DNA of 64,000 nucleotides from Octopus sinensis. Its lineage: Eukaryota. Of this stretch, positions 13,117 to 26,820 are shown one piece after another (position 1 is the first letter of the stretch; each line of letters starts with the position of its first letter). The DNA lies in NCBI RefSeq assembly GCF_006345805.1, contig NC_042998.1, forward strand, positions 123,132,001 through 123,196,000, read 5' to 3'. The notes below the pieces were generated by a model. The model made no database searches. It saw only the letters and a list, made by a program, of their open reading frames with translations, and was not told where the DNA came from. Position numbers and translations under genes: made by a program.

Positions 13117-13300
13117 CCACCACACACATTTTTTTCTCTCCTTATTTCTCTCCTTGTTTTTTTCTGTGTCCCTTTCTGTAGAAGAGCGTAGCCTGGAAAC
13201 GTAAAAGACTTTTTCTATTCCTGAGCGTTATACGAATACATCTGTTTGTTTTGTACACCACCTGTCTTCGTCTTTTGTTTTTTTTTCGTAAACTCTCCCT
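13112..13300 (+). mobile_element. Interspersed repeat fragment between (TA)n tracts, possibly a Penelope-like terminal repeat
   Basis: Contains gaagagcgtagcctggaaacgtaaaagact, a motif I associate with Penelope-type pseudo-LTR ends; no ORF. Family assignment is recollection only. Confidence 0.4.
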
Positions 13301-13323
13301 GTTTATATATATATATATATTAT

Positions 13324-13354
<31 letters not shown>

Positions 13355-14934
13355 TTCTATATTTGTTACCTTATACTCTCCAGCATTGCCTATTGCATAC
13401 TTTATACAAGCTGATTACTAATCAGTGCATATAAGCTAACGCAGAATAATATGTTTAAATGTTAAAATATTGGAATGTTAAATGTTAAAATAATTGGAAA
13501 GATTATATCTAGGAATCGTAGAGTTATATAAACATCACTGTGTAGTTCTGTAATTGAACTGCACAAACATCGCAATTTCTATTCTAATGACATTTGATAA
13601 ATATTTCACTTTCTTTTTTTGTTTCAATAGATCTGTATAATCCATTATTCAGCATTTATTCAGCAACTTATTCAGAGGTTCACTGTGCTAAAACCCCGAA
13701 GACAGTGATCTCATAAATATACAGTTTTCTGAGAAATAATACAATAAAAAGTATTAGATGAATACAAGTAACAGAAGTAATCACCACGAAAAAAAAAACA
13801 AAAAAAAAACGACGACAACGACGACGACCTCGACTATCGCTAGTACCAATATCAACATCATCACTAAAAAAGCGACAGTATTACAACAACAGCAATGACA
13901 ACAATAAGAAAATACAAGCATTTTGCTCATCACCCACCATGATAACCTGCAACACTGCTGTCAACATGATTACCACCAAAGCATCTACGGCATTAAAAGG
14001 ATTTAAAGCGGAAAGGTTCAGTTATCGAAGTACGGTATATCTATGTTATAAAAGACATCTCTAACACGGACGATTAGTGTAGGCCATAACTCATGGCAGG
14101 TTAACAACTGAAGTTTATCTCAAAAATCATAATCAGCTGGTTGCATACAGATGGTCGAAGTATCAAGTTGATACAGTTCTGGATTACACGCTCATAGGTC
14201 ACACATTCATATTCACTGCTGTGTTTCTGCAGAACACTTTTCTCTGTTTTTCTCTATTCATGTACCTGCCTGGGAATGTTAGTTGTTACAAGACTATCAT
14301 CCGTCTCGTCTCAGAGAATATATATATTATATTTACTTCGCGACATGAATCTACAACTGAACAGAACTTAGTTTGTGCGCCAAAGAGACATTAAACATGT
14401 TTTAGGAATATTTGTTCAAAAGCCAGCTGGCACGAGGGAAGATGTGATAGATGGTGACAGGTAGATTGCAATTTGGAAATTAATGAAGAGTTTTATAGCA
14501 TTCGGATTAATTTAATATTCCTTTCTGTAATAGCAAACAAACACAGATACATCACAGAAATATCTATGTTCTTAGATTTTCATCCATGGAAATGTGTGGA
14601 GAGATTTAATTATAAGCAATACTCTAATAAATGATGCAAATAAATGATTTAAAGTCCTACTATATAGTATTTTTTCTTTAAATCGTTAAACTTTTAAATT
14701 ATTCAGGCAACATTTTACCTGCAAAATCTTAATTGTGATACATTCTTTCAATAAAGATGGATTTTAATCCAAATACTATACAAATTAAGTCTGTGCTCCG
14801 ACAATTTGTTGACATTAACCTCCCAGTTGTAAATTAATATTTTATATAGAACAGATGAAAAAAGGCAATTGTACAACTAAAGTGATCAATTGAATTGTTT
14901 ATAAGCAATGTGTGTATGTATATATATATATATA

Positions 14935-15266
14935 GGCATGGGTGTGTGGTAAGAAGCTTACTTCCCAACCACCTGGCTACAGGTTCGGTCCCACTGCATG
15001 GCACCTTGTGAGTGAATTTGGTAGACAGAAACTGAAAGAAGCTGGACGTATGTGTTTGTGTGTCAATGTGTGTCCCCTCACCATCACTTGACAGCCAATG
15101 TTGGTGTGTGTACGTTCCCATAACTTAGTGGTTCGGCAAAAAAGACCGATAGGAGAAGTACTAGGCTTACAAAGTATACGTCCTTGGATAGAATTGTTCG
15201 ACTAAAGGTATGGCTCCAGCATGGCCGCAGTCAAGTAACTGAAACGAGTAAAAGAATGAAAGAATG
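14935..15266 (+). mobile_element. tRNA-derived SINE (abundant octopus-type family, copy 1)
   Basis: tRNA-like head (ggcatgggtgtgtggtaag...ggttcggtccc), core gtgaatttggtagacagaaactgaaagaagc, 3' gctccagcatggccgcagtc and a gtaaaagaat tail; homologous to 18459 and 23844. Confidence 0.9.
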
Positions 15267-15280
15267 CACACACACACACA

Positions 15281-15319
<39 letters not shown>

Positions 15320-15329
15320 TATATGTATA

Positions 15330-16552
15330 CAGGGTGCGTGAGGTATTTGAGGACACCTCTTTTGGGTCATCGCTGCATTTTTTTGCTAACTCTATAATAT
15401 ATGTTTCAGAAAATAATAATATATGACACTCAGCTTACTTAAGAAATGAAGAGACATGCCGTCATTGTGGTTATAAACGCTGAGCATAGAGATTTAAAAA
15501 TATCTCGATTCTTAAAAGTTGCCAAATCTTTTGTCTACAAAGTTTGTAAGGAGCTAGAGACTGAAGATGGAAACGTATCACCAGTGTCAAAGCATAGAAA
15601 GCATTCTAAACGCTCTGAAATCATCGGAAAACCTGAATTTATCCAGCAAGTTCAATACCAGAAAGTCCATGAAGTCAATTGCAAAAGTTCTCCATGTGTC
15701 AGAAGGAACAGTCAGAAATATTGTCCACGAAGACACCAGATATGAGTCTTACATGATAAGGAAAGAACAATTCGTCAGAAAAAACAAACGAAAATCACTG
15801 CAGCAATCTAAAAGGTTCTTAAATAAACTCAAAAATCCAGCAGAAGATTTGACTTGGTTTTCCTCAAACGAGAAAAAACTTCGATTAAGATCAAAAAGGT
15901 AACCGAAGAAATTTCAGATGGTTATGTGCAGACCCTTCTGAAATCATATGCATACAAAATTTCCTACAATTGTCATGGTTTTAGGAGTTGTCATCAATGA
16001 AGGACATGTGATGCCTTCTTACTTCTTTCTACAAGCCCTTATAGTTAACTCTGCTGCCTACATTGAGGTCCTGAAAATAATTGTTAAGCCCTGGATAGAC
16101 AGTGTATGCAATGGAAAGTCATATGTGTTTCAGTAAAACTCTTCACTCTCACACAGGAATGGATGGCTGAAAATTTTCATGATCACATGACCCCTAATAA
16201 TTGGCCTCCTAATTCCCCAGATCTCAATCCATTGGATTATTATATGTGGAGCATTATTGAGGGATAGGTCAATGAACATGCGCATAACATCAAAGATTCT
16301 TTGAAAGCTGCCATAGTCAGAGTAATGTCGAAAATGAACCAGTGCCAATTGATTCGAGTATGTAGATGATTTAGATTTCAGAGAGAAGCAGTGGCTGAAG
16401 CTGAAGGTGGCTTTATTGGATAACATTTTAGAAATGGATGTATATTTTTATCCTCATAGCATTTGTTGATAAATAAAGTCATCATCTGATATTATATATC
16501 TTTTTTTGTTTTCATAACCATATATCTGTCCTCAAATATCTTACACACCATG
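15330..16552 (+). mobile_element. Tc1/mariner DNA transposon, maT (DD37D)-like, full length with both TIRs, transposase disrupted
   Basis: TA|CAGGGTGCGTGAGGTATTTGAGGACA matches the reverse complement of TGTCCTCAAATATCTTACACACCATG|TA. Transposase pieces MKRHAVIV... (15446), HTKFPTIVMVLGVV, YVFQ, and WPPNSPDLNPLDYY (Asp as third catalytic residue). Frameshifts and stops. Confidence 0.92.
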
Positions 16553-16887
<335 letters not shown>

Positions 16888-18458
16888 TTAGAGCGGAGAT
16901 AACCCAAATATAGACGGTTTGTCGACGGTGAGGTCTAATGATATTGAATAACTTCTATACGCCCGCTAACGAAAATCGCATTTTCCCCTAATATTAACAC
17001 TAAATCTTGCTATGAAAATACTGTTATATGATACTTTTTCTTGAATAAACACTATATTATTTGATAGAACCTAACACCACCTAGGAAAAGACGATGAAAC
17101 AAAAATAATATATAGAATACCTACGCATATTACCAGTGAAGTAACATAGAGTAAGTATGTCATGTAGCAAATCTAACATAAGATCATAGTAACTATTCCT
17201 ATGATGATTCTAGCGAAATTCTTGAGTTTGGATATATATTCATGTCATGGAGAAAATGAAGTTTGACTACTCGTAGCTATGACTTTTATGAGAGAGAATG
17301 AGTGAGAGGGAGTGGTAAAGAGAGAGGATGAAAGAATGAAAGAGAGGGAGGGAGAAAGATTAAGATTTTGTTCACTCAGAGGAAACGGCAGCCTCAAAAT
17401 TTCGCCATATAAATCTCCCCAAATTCGTACATATTCCAGTAATATACTATTATACATATCAAGCCCAATATTTTCTAGCTACTGTAATATATCTAACATG
17501 AACCGTGACAACATTTAAAAACCGCCGATAATGAAGTAAAAATCTTACGCAACAATATTTATATGATCTTTCACCTAGAATTTTTAATAAAAGTCACAAT
17601 AAAACAACAGCTAGACTCATACGCCACTAGACGAAATCTTGATGGTGTTGAAACGGATGAATTAGTAGATTTATTGCTCTACAAGGAACCGAAAGTAGAA
17701 TCTTAAAAATAAAACGAAGAGAAAAGTTGTTTCAACTGTCCTGCGCTCACTTTTATGTGAAAATTTACGTATATTGAATTAAGTGCTTATGTAATTTTCC
17801 ATGGGGTTCTATCTTCAACAAATATAGATTGAATGAAATAATGCTATAAAAAACATTGAATTTGTACCCAATAGTATGCATTCGATGATTGGTAGGATAT
17901 CGGTTATAAATCAGTTTTAAAAATTAACAGACCTTACCCCACCAAAGCATAAACAAAACAAAGAACACAAAAAACACGCCGAAACAATGTAGACTATGAA
18001 GAGAAGAGTTAACGTCTTGTAGAATAAATAGATGGCGAAGGTGATGATGACGTCTTTTCTATTAAAAGTTTACACTGGACTTTCATAATGTTTTTAAGAC
18101 CACACATGCGCTCACACGTACAGAAGTGCGCACGCGCACACACTCAGGCACACTAGTGAACAAATAGCCATTTCTAATATATGCATACAATTGTACAGTT
18201 ACATCTTACAACGATGTTAACAGGAAACATCAGTACTAAAAGTCTTATACTCGAAAGAATTCTTTTCATTATTATCGTTGTCGTCGTTGTCATTACCGCC
18301 GCCGTCGCCGCTGTCGTTGTCGTCGTCTTTGCCGTCGACAACGCCATCGTCGTTGTTGTCGACGCTATCATTGTTATCCTTAGGATTATGGATGACATCA
18401 TTCATATTTAACATCATCCTAACAAAACTTTAAAAATATTAAAAATAGTTGAATTATA

Positions 18459-18865
18459 GGCGCAGGAGTGGCTGTGTGGTAAGTAGCTTGTCTACCAACC
18501 ACATGGTTCCGGATTCAGTCCCACTGCCTGGCACCTTGGGCAAGTGTCTTCTACTATAGCCTCGGGCCGACCAAAGCCTTCTGAGTGGATTTGGTAGACG
18601 GAAACTGAAAGAAGCCCGTCGTATATATGTATATATATATATGCGTGTGTGTGTTTGTGTGTCTGTGTTTGTCCCCTACCATTGCTTGACAATCGATTCT
18701 GGTGTGTTTATGTCCCCGTTACTTAGCGGTTCGGCAAAAGAGACTGATAGAATAAGTACTGGGCTTACAAAAGAATAAGTCCCGGGGTCGAGTTGCTCGA
18801 TTAAAGGCGGTGCTCCAGCATGGCCGCAGTCAAATGACTGAAACAAGTAAAAGAATAAAAGAGTA
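18459..18865 (+). mobile_element. tRNA-derived SINE (copy 2, best preserved)
   Basis: ggcgcaggagtggctgtgtggtaagtagc head with A/B-box-like elements, central ggccgaccaaagccttctgagtggatttggtagacggaaactgaaagaagcccgtcg, internal (TA)/(TG) tract and gtaaaagaataaaagagta tail. Confidence 0.93.
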
Positions 18866-19605
18866 TAGTCAACAAATATACCTACTGCTGCTACTTTCTG
18901 AGCAAGCATATCTCACCGTCAACAGCTACTTCAGCAGACACATACATACTCCGCTGAATGTTCAATTTTGCATGGAAATCAGATAAGAAAATCACTGGAT
19001 TTCTTCAGAGCTTGGAAGTGAAACGGCCGTAAATCTTTCCGAGGAGAATTATGCTGAAAGCAAATATCTTGATGTGGCTCTAAAGATGTTATGAAATAAA
19101 GTTGTGGAACTAGTTTCTCATATGATTTATGAGCAATATCTTGACGTTCATTGGATACATACAGAGGCATGTTGTTTTAAAAATGCTTTTATACTGTTTT
19201 AATTCGAGGTATACTTCTTGAAAAGTACACGCATGGCTAGAATACCGCAAAAAATACATAGTTACCTGTTTAAAACATACAGCTAAACGAAATTAAACAA
19301 ATATACATTGTTAAATACATTTGCATTTATCGAGTTATACAAAAACACATTAATCTGTCGCAAAAAAAGGATATATTCACACACATACGTACTGATACTT
19401 TGTAAGACAATCACGTTCCAAGGAAACAAGATCTTATTCTTTTTGTTTTTATCATTCACTTGATTTGTACGTTAGCTAGCAATCATATTTCATTCAAAAA
19501 TGGGTCTTTCAGAGTCATGGTTTCTATGGTTATCAGTGCAAGCATAATATATATAGCTGCCTACATTTATAGAGACACGCATGAAAATATCAACACATAG
19601 ATACG

Positions 19606-19617
19606 TATATGTGTATG

Positions 19618-19694
<77 letters not shown>

Positions 19695-19754
19695 CGCGTG
19701 TGTGTGTATACATATATGTATATATATATATGTATACATGTATATATTTATGTA

Positions 19755-19799
<45 letters not shown>

Positions 19800-19877
19800 A
19801 TATACCATCATCATCATCATTAACATCATCATCACCATCATCATCCTCATCATCATCATCACAACCATCATCATCAT
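19606..19877. repeat. (TA)n/(TG)n followed by (CAT)n microsatellite
   Basis: Directly visible. Confidence 0.95.
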
Positions 19878-19879
19878 TA

Positions 19880-20110
19880 CTTAACGTCTGTTTTCCATGC
19901 TGCCATGGGTTCGGCAGTTAGACCAGAGTTAGAAAGCTGGAGAGCTGCACCAGGCTCCAATCTGATTTGGTAAGGTTTCTACGGCTTCCTAACACCAATC
20001 AGTTTTCGATGAGCGCCAGGTGCTTATATGTGATATCGGCACAGGACTCTTGCAAGTCAATCCTCTTCACCAGGAGCAGTAGTCTTAGCACTTCCTCATG
20101 AGTACAGCAA
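19880..20110 (-). mobile_element. SINE/LINE 3' end with a (GAT)n tail on the minus strand
   Basis: ttaacgtctgttttccatgctgccatgggtt directly follows (CAT)n, the typical reverse-complemented 3' terminus of a common invertebrate SINE/LINE tail. Confidence 0.65.
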
Positions 20111-21660
20111 AAGGCCAAGTATCTCAGGCTTTTGTCACCTCGTTTGAAAGATTCAGCTGTAGGTCCTGATAGATTCCCCGCTTGTCTTCTGAAGAAATGT
20201 AGACACCAACTTGCAGTCCCTCTGAACAACCTCTGGAGAAATTCTTTACATACAGGTTATATACTGAAACAGCTCTTATTCCAGTCTTTCATCCCGGTTT
20301 TCAAATATGGAAACAGATCCCTCTCACTCAATTATCACCTAATCTTATTCACCTCCCATATCATGAAAGTGTTTGAGAGGGTGGTGAGATCAAGGATAGC
20401 TGGCTTCCTGCAGAGCCACAATCTCCTAAAGTCAAACCAGCATAGCTTTTGCTGTGGCAGGGACTGTCTAACATAGCTTTTACACGACATCGATATCCTT
20501 AAAGCCGTGGGATCCGGTTCGAACTCTGATGTCATATATTTTGACTTCAGTAAAGCGTTCAACAGAGTTTACCATAATATTCTACTGTCAAAATTGTCAA
20601 ATTTTGGAATCCGTGGAAACCTTGTAAACTGGATTGCGTATTTCCTGGAGAACAGAGAACAGCATGTTGTGATCGGTGGAGTCTACCCAAGCTCAGCAAA
20701 TGTCACCAGTGCTGTCCCTTAGGGGACTGTCATGGGCCCGCATCATTTTATAGTTTATATAAACGTTCTCTCCAGCGTCATAACTCTAAACTCCAGTCAG
20801 CATCTTGACTCAAACTCCAGAAAAGTGTCGCTGAAGAACAAGACGGAACTGAACTCTAATCGGATCTACATGACGTCAGTCAATAGGCAGACAAAAACAA
20901 AATGCAACTAAACTAAATTTGAGATGATGAATTTTGGAAGAAAGTCTATACTAAAACATCCATATACTCTTCCTTCAGGGGAACCGCTCGTGGCATCTAA
21001 TAATATCAGAGACCTAGGAGTAATCTTTGATAACAAACCCAGCTGGAGTACCCACGTCAACAATAAGGTCACTATAGCTCGTAATATGATCTAGATCCTA
21101 TGAACATTACGGTCCAGAGAAGAAGGTGTCATTATTCCACGTTTCTCCTACTCTGTATGCCACACCTCGAATGCTGCTGTATGCCACACCTCGAATCACC
21201 ACAGAGGTCATTAGCTAAAAGAATTAAGGGCATGACTGATCTTGATTATTGGGACTACCTTAAAGCGTGGAACCTCTATTCTCTCCAGCATTGCCGTGAG
21301 CGATGCATCATTTAGACGATATTGAAAATACACCACCAACGTTGCCCAAACAACCTCAACATTAGCTTCAAGTTTCATCCGAGGCTAGAATCATGGGCCA
21401 TACGTCCCCTACGCAATTCAGGATCACAAGGATCACAACGTATTAACACACTGCAACTCAATTTCTTTTCCTCGGCAGGCCCTGCCCTATTTAACATTGT
21501 CCCGAAACAGATCAAAGAGGAAAAGGACCCCATTACCTTTAAATGGAATCTGGACAAACCTCTTCAAGGAATACCGGATAATCCACCTATACCTGGATAC
21601 AACTCGCTCAGCGAGAACTCCCTACTTGACTTTAAAAGGATTTCGCTAATCCTACGCATC
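20110..21660 (+). mobile_element. CR1-group LINE, 5'-truncated RT fragment, decayed
   Basis: SAVGPDRFPACLLKKC, FIPVFKYGNRS..NYH.I.FTSHIMKVFERVV, DVIYFDFSKAFNRVYHNILLSKL..FGIRG, SAVP*GTVMGP, and C-terminal GPALFNIVP...LDK.L..IPDNP. Confidence 0.9.
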
Positions 21661-22050
21661 TTTGGTCGAAACATATCTGTTATCTAAAGTTATATATATA
21701 CATACATACCATTATATATATGTATATTTGTATATATAAATATATGCATGCAAACATCCACGCATACATTTATATCTATAATAAACACATTTTTCATAGA
21801 TATATATGCGATACACATGCGAGTATATTTTTTTCAGTGTGTATAGGTGTGCATTTATATTTATGTCTATGCTTATGCATTACTGTATGCATCTTAAACA
21901 CTCAATTGAGATCTTACGTCCTTCGTCTTAATAATGCTTTCATCATATCATCGCGGTGAGGATTGTTAATCTTCATCATTCTCTCTCATATATATGTACT
22001 GACGCGCACACAGACAGACAAACACACACACTCACATACCTTTGTATATA

Positions 22051-22081
<31 letters not shown>

Positions 22082-22979
22082 TGATAGATAGATATAAATT
22101 GATATATGCATATAGAAATATATATGTCTACAAAGAGATGCAATCAAATAAATGAAGGCAAAGTAAACCATTTGCACATTATCTTTATTATGTGCACTGA
22201 AATAAAACTACGCACACATGCTAGGAATTCGAATTCACAGTCCAAAGAATACACCAATCAAAGCACAGAAATCACACTCATGCTTACTCGGAGACTCAAT
22301 TTGTTGTTATTATGTTGTTTCAGTCTCTCTGTTTATTTTTCTTCTTTATCTCTCCCTCTCTACCTCTGACTCTCTAGCTCTCCTACACAAACACATCCAT
22401 ATATACATTCCATTCACTCAGCACTCAGCAACACCGTTATGGTCTATGAATTATCTCTTAATAATTACCATAAAACTCCGATTGTACAGTCTTGTAGTAT
22501 TATTATTGTTGTTTCCCAAAATGTAACAGCCATTGTTCTTGAACCATAATGACCGTTAAATATTTCTGATGTTTGTATCCTTGTTCAGCTACTTCCGTCT
22601 CTCTTGACCTTTATGTACATTATTATGTATAGGTAGAGACTCTTCGGTCAGTAATATTGTTGCTATTTATATTCTGACTGTGTTTATGATGTAATTTATA
22701 ATGTTCCTCTTATTATTGTCGTTATTCATTTTAATATCTTGTTATTCTGTTGTTTCCACTATGTTATTGCTCTGAGGATGTTCTTTTCTTATGTTCTTGT
22801 TCGTTAGTTAATTTTAAATGTAAGTCAATAGAGTATCGGTCTACTAGCCGTACGATCGCTTTTCGTAGCCTCGTATTATTGGTCTGTTCCTTGTATATCT
22901 CAGTTGCCTCAGGACTTATGAATTTAGGTGAAACAAAGCGGTATAGTTTACTACAAAACACAGTCAATACCATGATACT

Positions 22980-23185
22980 GATTTCAAATTTTGGCATAAG
23001 AGCGGCAATTTCGGGGAAGGTGTAAGTCGATTACATCGATTATAGTGCTGAACTAGTACTTATTTTATCGACCCCGAAATGATGAAATCGACTTCGGGGA
23101 ATTTGCATTCAGAACGTGAAAATGAGTGAAATGGCGCTAAGCATTTTACCCAACATGCTAGCAATCATGCCACCTCTCCACGATA
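22980..23185 (-). mobile_element. tRNA-derived SINE (second family), decayed
   Basis: tttcaaattttggcataagagcggcaatttcgggg...tcgattacatcga...cttattttatcgaccccgaa...gctaagcatttt; homologous to 34720 and 36865. Confidence 0.75.
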
Positions 23186-23843
23186 CTTACCGTGATATTG
23201 ATAACTCTTTTTTATTAACTGTCTTTAAAGTGGACGCTACTGTCAGAAGAATTTACGATAAATGTACCTATTATTTTTTTAATATTTATTGTTGCTCGCT
23301 ATTCCAGGCTTGAAGGCTCCAGCCTGATCACCGAATTGAATAGAGAGATGCATATTTTAAAGTCTTCATAGCGGTAGATTTTTATTGTCGTTTTTTCCGT
23401 TGTTATTGCAACAAACCATTTACATATGTTGTTGCTGTTGTCACTGTTATTACTTTTGACAATATTTTAATGTCATTTGTATATAAATTTGTTTTATATG
23501 TTGTAATCAAGTTTTCTTTCCATCTTTCTGATATCATTTCTGAAGGAGTAATCGTTATTTATGGCTTCCGTTGCTTAGACTTAATCATTATTTACAGAGA
23601 TATCTGGCTATTACCAGCTATTGAGTAAAACTAACATGTGACAGAAGGCTTAAATTTGGAGGAAAATTGTCTAGCTTGTTTGCGAAAATGGTTTCGCTTG
23701 GTCGTGCATGCATTCCTGTAAATATAAAAAGATGAAAGGCGTTTACTTATGGAATTTTTGATGCTATATGTTGTGGGCCCAGTACCCATAAAGAAATCTA
23801 CTTTGTTGGATCAAATATAGATACAGAAATACCTACTACATGA

Positions 23844-24280
23844 TTCTTTTATCCTTTTACTTGTTTCTGTCATTTGACTGCGCCCATGCTGGAGTACCGC
23901 CTTTAGTCGAACAAATCGACCCCAGAATTTATTCTTTGTAAGACTGGTACTTATTCTATTAGTCTCGCTTGCCGAATCACTAAGTTTCGGGGACGTAAAC
24001 ACACCAACATTTGTTAGCAAGTGACGGTTGGGGAACAAACACAGTCCATTCACACAAATATATGCATATACATACACACACACACACATATATGTATGTG
24101 TGTGTATGTATGTATATATATACTACGAGCTTCTTTCAGTTTCCGTCTACCAAATTCATTCACAAAGCTTTGATCGACCCTAGGCCATAACAAAAGTCAC
24201 GTGCCCAGGATGCCACGCAGTGGGACTGAACAAAGAACCATATGGTTCATAAGCCAAATTCTTACTACACAGCCACCCCA
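23844..24280 (-). mobile_element. tRNA-derived SINE (copy 3 of the 18459 family)
   Basis: Reverse complement of the 18459 element from tail (cttttacttgtttctgtcatttgactg) to head (cttactacacagccac). Confidence 0.9.
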
Positions 24281-24317
24281 CTCGTCCACACATCGACTTC
24301 TACCCCTTATATATACA

Positions 24318-24445
24318 TGACTCACTGGTTAGAGCGTGGAGCTGATGACCGTGATGTTGTGAGTTCGAATCCTGGACCGGGCTGCGTGTTGTGTTATTGA
24401 GCAAGACACTTTATTTCACAATACTCCAGGTCAGTAAGCTGTAGA
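24318..24445 (+). mobile_element. SINE 5' part with tRNA-like head (third family)
   Basis: A box tggttagagcg and B box gttcgaatcc run into tgttgtgttattgagcaagacacttt, a SINE body rather than a tRNA acceptor stem and terminator. Confidence 0.75.
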
Positions 24446-24463
24446 ACGAAGGGGGTTTCGGCA

Positions 24464-24494
<31 letters not shown>

Positions 24495-24609
24495 TGTATG
24501 TATGTATGTATGTATGTATGTATGTATGCATGTGTATTCTGGTGTTAGTCTTTTAGCAGAAAAGGTGTAGAGATGCATAGGGGAAAAGGTAAAGTTACTT
24601 TCTTGAATC

Positions 24610-24810
24610 ATGTCAACTCATAAGGGCCAATTTTCCGGTTTCCGTGGCTTATAAATCCCTCACGTGAATGACGGGACGCCGGTCCGTCGCATGACTACTC
24701 ATTTGTGCCAGCTGAGTGGACTGGAGCAACGTGAAAGAGTTTTGCTCAAGAATCGAAGCTATAAGCTTACGATCATCGTCCCACACCTCAGACACTAAGC
24801 CACGCAACTA
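24610..24810 (-). mobile_element. Decayed SINE
   Basis: cagctgagtggactggagcaacgtgaa...ttttgctcaagaa...cactaagccacgc, the reverse complement of a tRNA-headed SINE. Confidence 0.65.
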
Positions 24811-26746
24811 CTATAAAGTGATAAGATGAAATTCATAAAACGATGGTGGAGGGACACAGGTGGGGGCAAAATGTTAGAAACAAATGAAATGTTATTCAGG
24901 GATATAAGGCGGGAGTGAGAAAGTGTGTGAGTTTGTGACAATAATCACTGACGAAAATTGTGGAAAAAGTTACTGATGAAGTTCATGGGAAGGTCAGCGT
25001 CTGGTAGATGTTGCTGATATACATGCTGCGCATAACAAAGTCATATAGTGCGAGAGATAAATCATTTTATAGAAATGCAGCCGTGAAACAAAAACTAAAA
25101 TGGTTAATGCAAAATTACCGAGAAGAAAGAAGTAATCGTAATTAGTAAAAAAATCACAAGATTGGTAAAACATCCTGCAAAATATTAGCAAAAAGTGACC
25201 AGGAAAATGATAGATTCCTGGAAGCAGGAGAACTATTTTTAGGTCAAAATAAGTGAGAGGAAATAAAATAGTCATTCTTGAGAGAAGAACGGACGTAAGT
25301 GGGGGAAACATAAATAGTAGCATGTGTGCATGGAGTGACGTCAACAAGCTGTAGAAGGAGTATCAATCATGTGCAAGGAGTAGGAAAAATTGAGTAATTC
25401 AAGGAGTTAACCGAAACGGGGCACATTGAAGAATAGAAGAATGTATCTCAATGAGCAGGTGTGTGTATGCGGACCTGCCAGTCATCTGAAGGCGTGTGTG
25501 CGCACGTGATGTGTGTTTCTGCATGCTAGGGTGATGTGTGTGTCACAGAGACATGACTATAGGCCAATAGAGGTGTTTATGAGTCAACTGTGCATGATGG
25601 CTATGTATGCACGTGCATGCTATGTCTATGTCTATGTAGGCATGCACACGCATGCTGGTGCCTGTGTGTGTGTGTGCGGGAGGTATGTATCCAACGCATG
25701 CTGGTGTGTGTCTGGTGGAGAGAATGTATGCACGCGCATACTGGAGTATGTATGTGGAGTATGTACGATGTCAGGGCAAAAGAGATGCGTTGATGCGTGA
25801 ATAAGTGAAAGGTACAAATATTTTGGGAAAAGTGACTGGACGGAGATGTTTGTAAGTCTCTTTACGCAGGTTTGATGTCCTGTTAGTGTCTGAGCCAAGT
25901 GTGTGTTTAAATGTGGGGTAGTCAGAATGTGAGGTGTGGGTTAATGGGTAAGCGTGACAATGGTAGATAAGAAAAAAGAAGAATATACATAATATAGAAA
26001 TATGTGGTTTCTAGGGGATGCGGCTTCTACTTCAATCAGTTCTACCTAGATTCAAAATGCCTACCACGTTACCACATCTTTCCAGTTACAAAAAAAAACA
26101 GGTTGGCATTTGAGATTGATTCAGCAATGACTTCAATCAGAACATTAAATGACATACTGGGATCACTCGTTGAATCACACCTATAGACATAGATAATGCC
26201 AATGGATAAGTAACTTACTAATTTCTTTCGTTTTAAATAAATTCATGGGACACAATTTTAATAGAAGACAACATTTATTCTGTTGTCTTACGTAGAAGTC
26301 TATGCTTAATTTATTGATTGCATTGTTATTTTTCTGATGTTGGTTAACAAGATAAGAGCAGCTTAGAGGTAAGTTATTGACAGAGGCATTATATGTATTG
26401 GTGATACCGTTTTCAATTTCTTTCGTAAATAATCGCACTCACCACTTATTGTTCATATTTATGTATTGCAATAATTACGAAGTTCTCTATTAAGAAAATG
26501 AGTTTCCATTTTAGGATGTTTATAATTCAGTAATCACATCGTTTAGATTTAGTACTCGTTTGTTAGATTCACTGTTGTTCATAAACGAATGTTGTAAGTA
26601 AAAGCGTTGCAAATAACCGATTAGATAATGAGTGCGTTATTCGCATCTAAAACTTTCATTCTCACCATCAACTCCCTTTCTCATCTCCTGTATCTTTCGT
26701 CGTGTGTGTCTCTCTATCTCTATTTGTTTCTCGTCCACTATTCCAA

Positions 26747-26781
<35 letters not shown>

Positions 26782-26783
26782 GA

Positions 26784-26818
<35 letters not shown>
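26747..26818. repeat. (GA)n microsatellite
   Basis: Directly visible. Confidence 0.95.

Positions 26819-26820
<2 letters not shown>

Noticed and set aside
13176-13203. Hammerhead-ribozyme-like ctgtagaagagcgtagcctggaaac in the Penelope-like fragment
   Set aside because: The CUGANGA core and stem II cannot both be satisfied in this copy; only the family consensus could be tested.
24318-24390. tRNA-like sequence with A and B boxes
   Set aside because: It lacks a closing acceptor stem and runs into a SINE body; the same applies to the heads at 14935 and 18459.
24994-25900. ORFs of 67-117 aa in the purine-rich and TG-rich stretch
   Set aside because: Low-complexity, strand-biased sequence (degenerate GA and TG repeats) explains the open frames.
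26296-26368. Plus-strand segment with a good acceptor and a perfect gag|gtaagt donor
   Set aside because: Stops occur in all three frames; it cannot be supported as coding.
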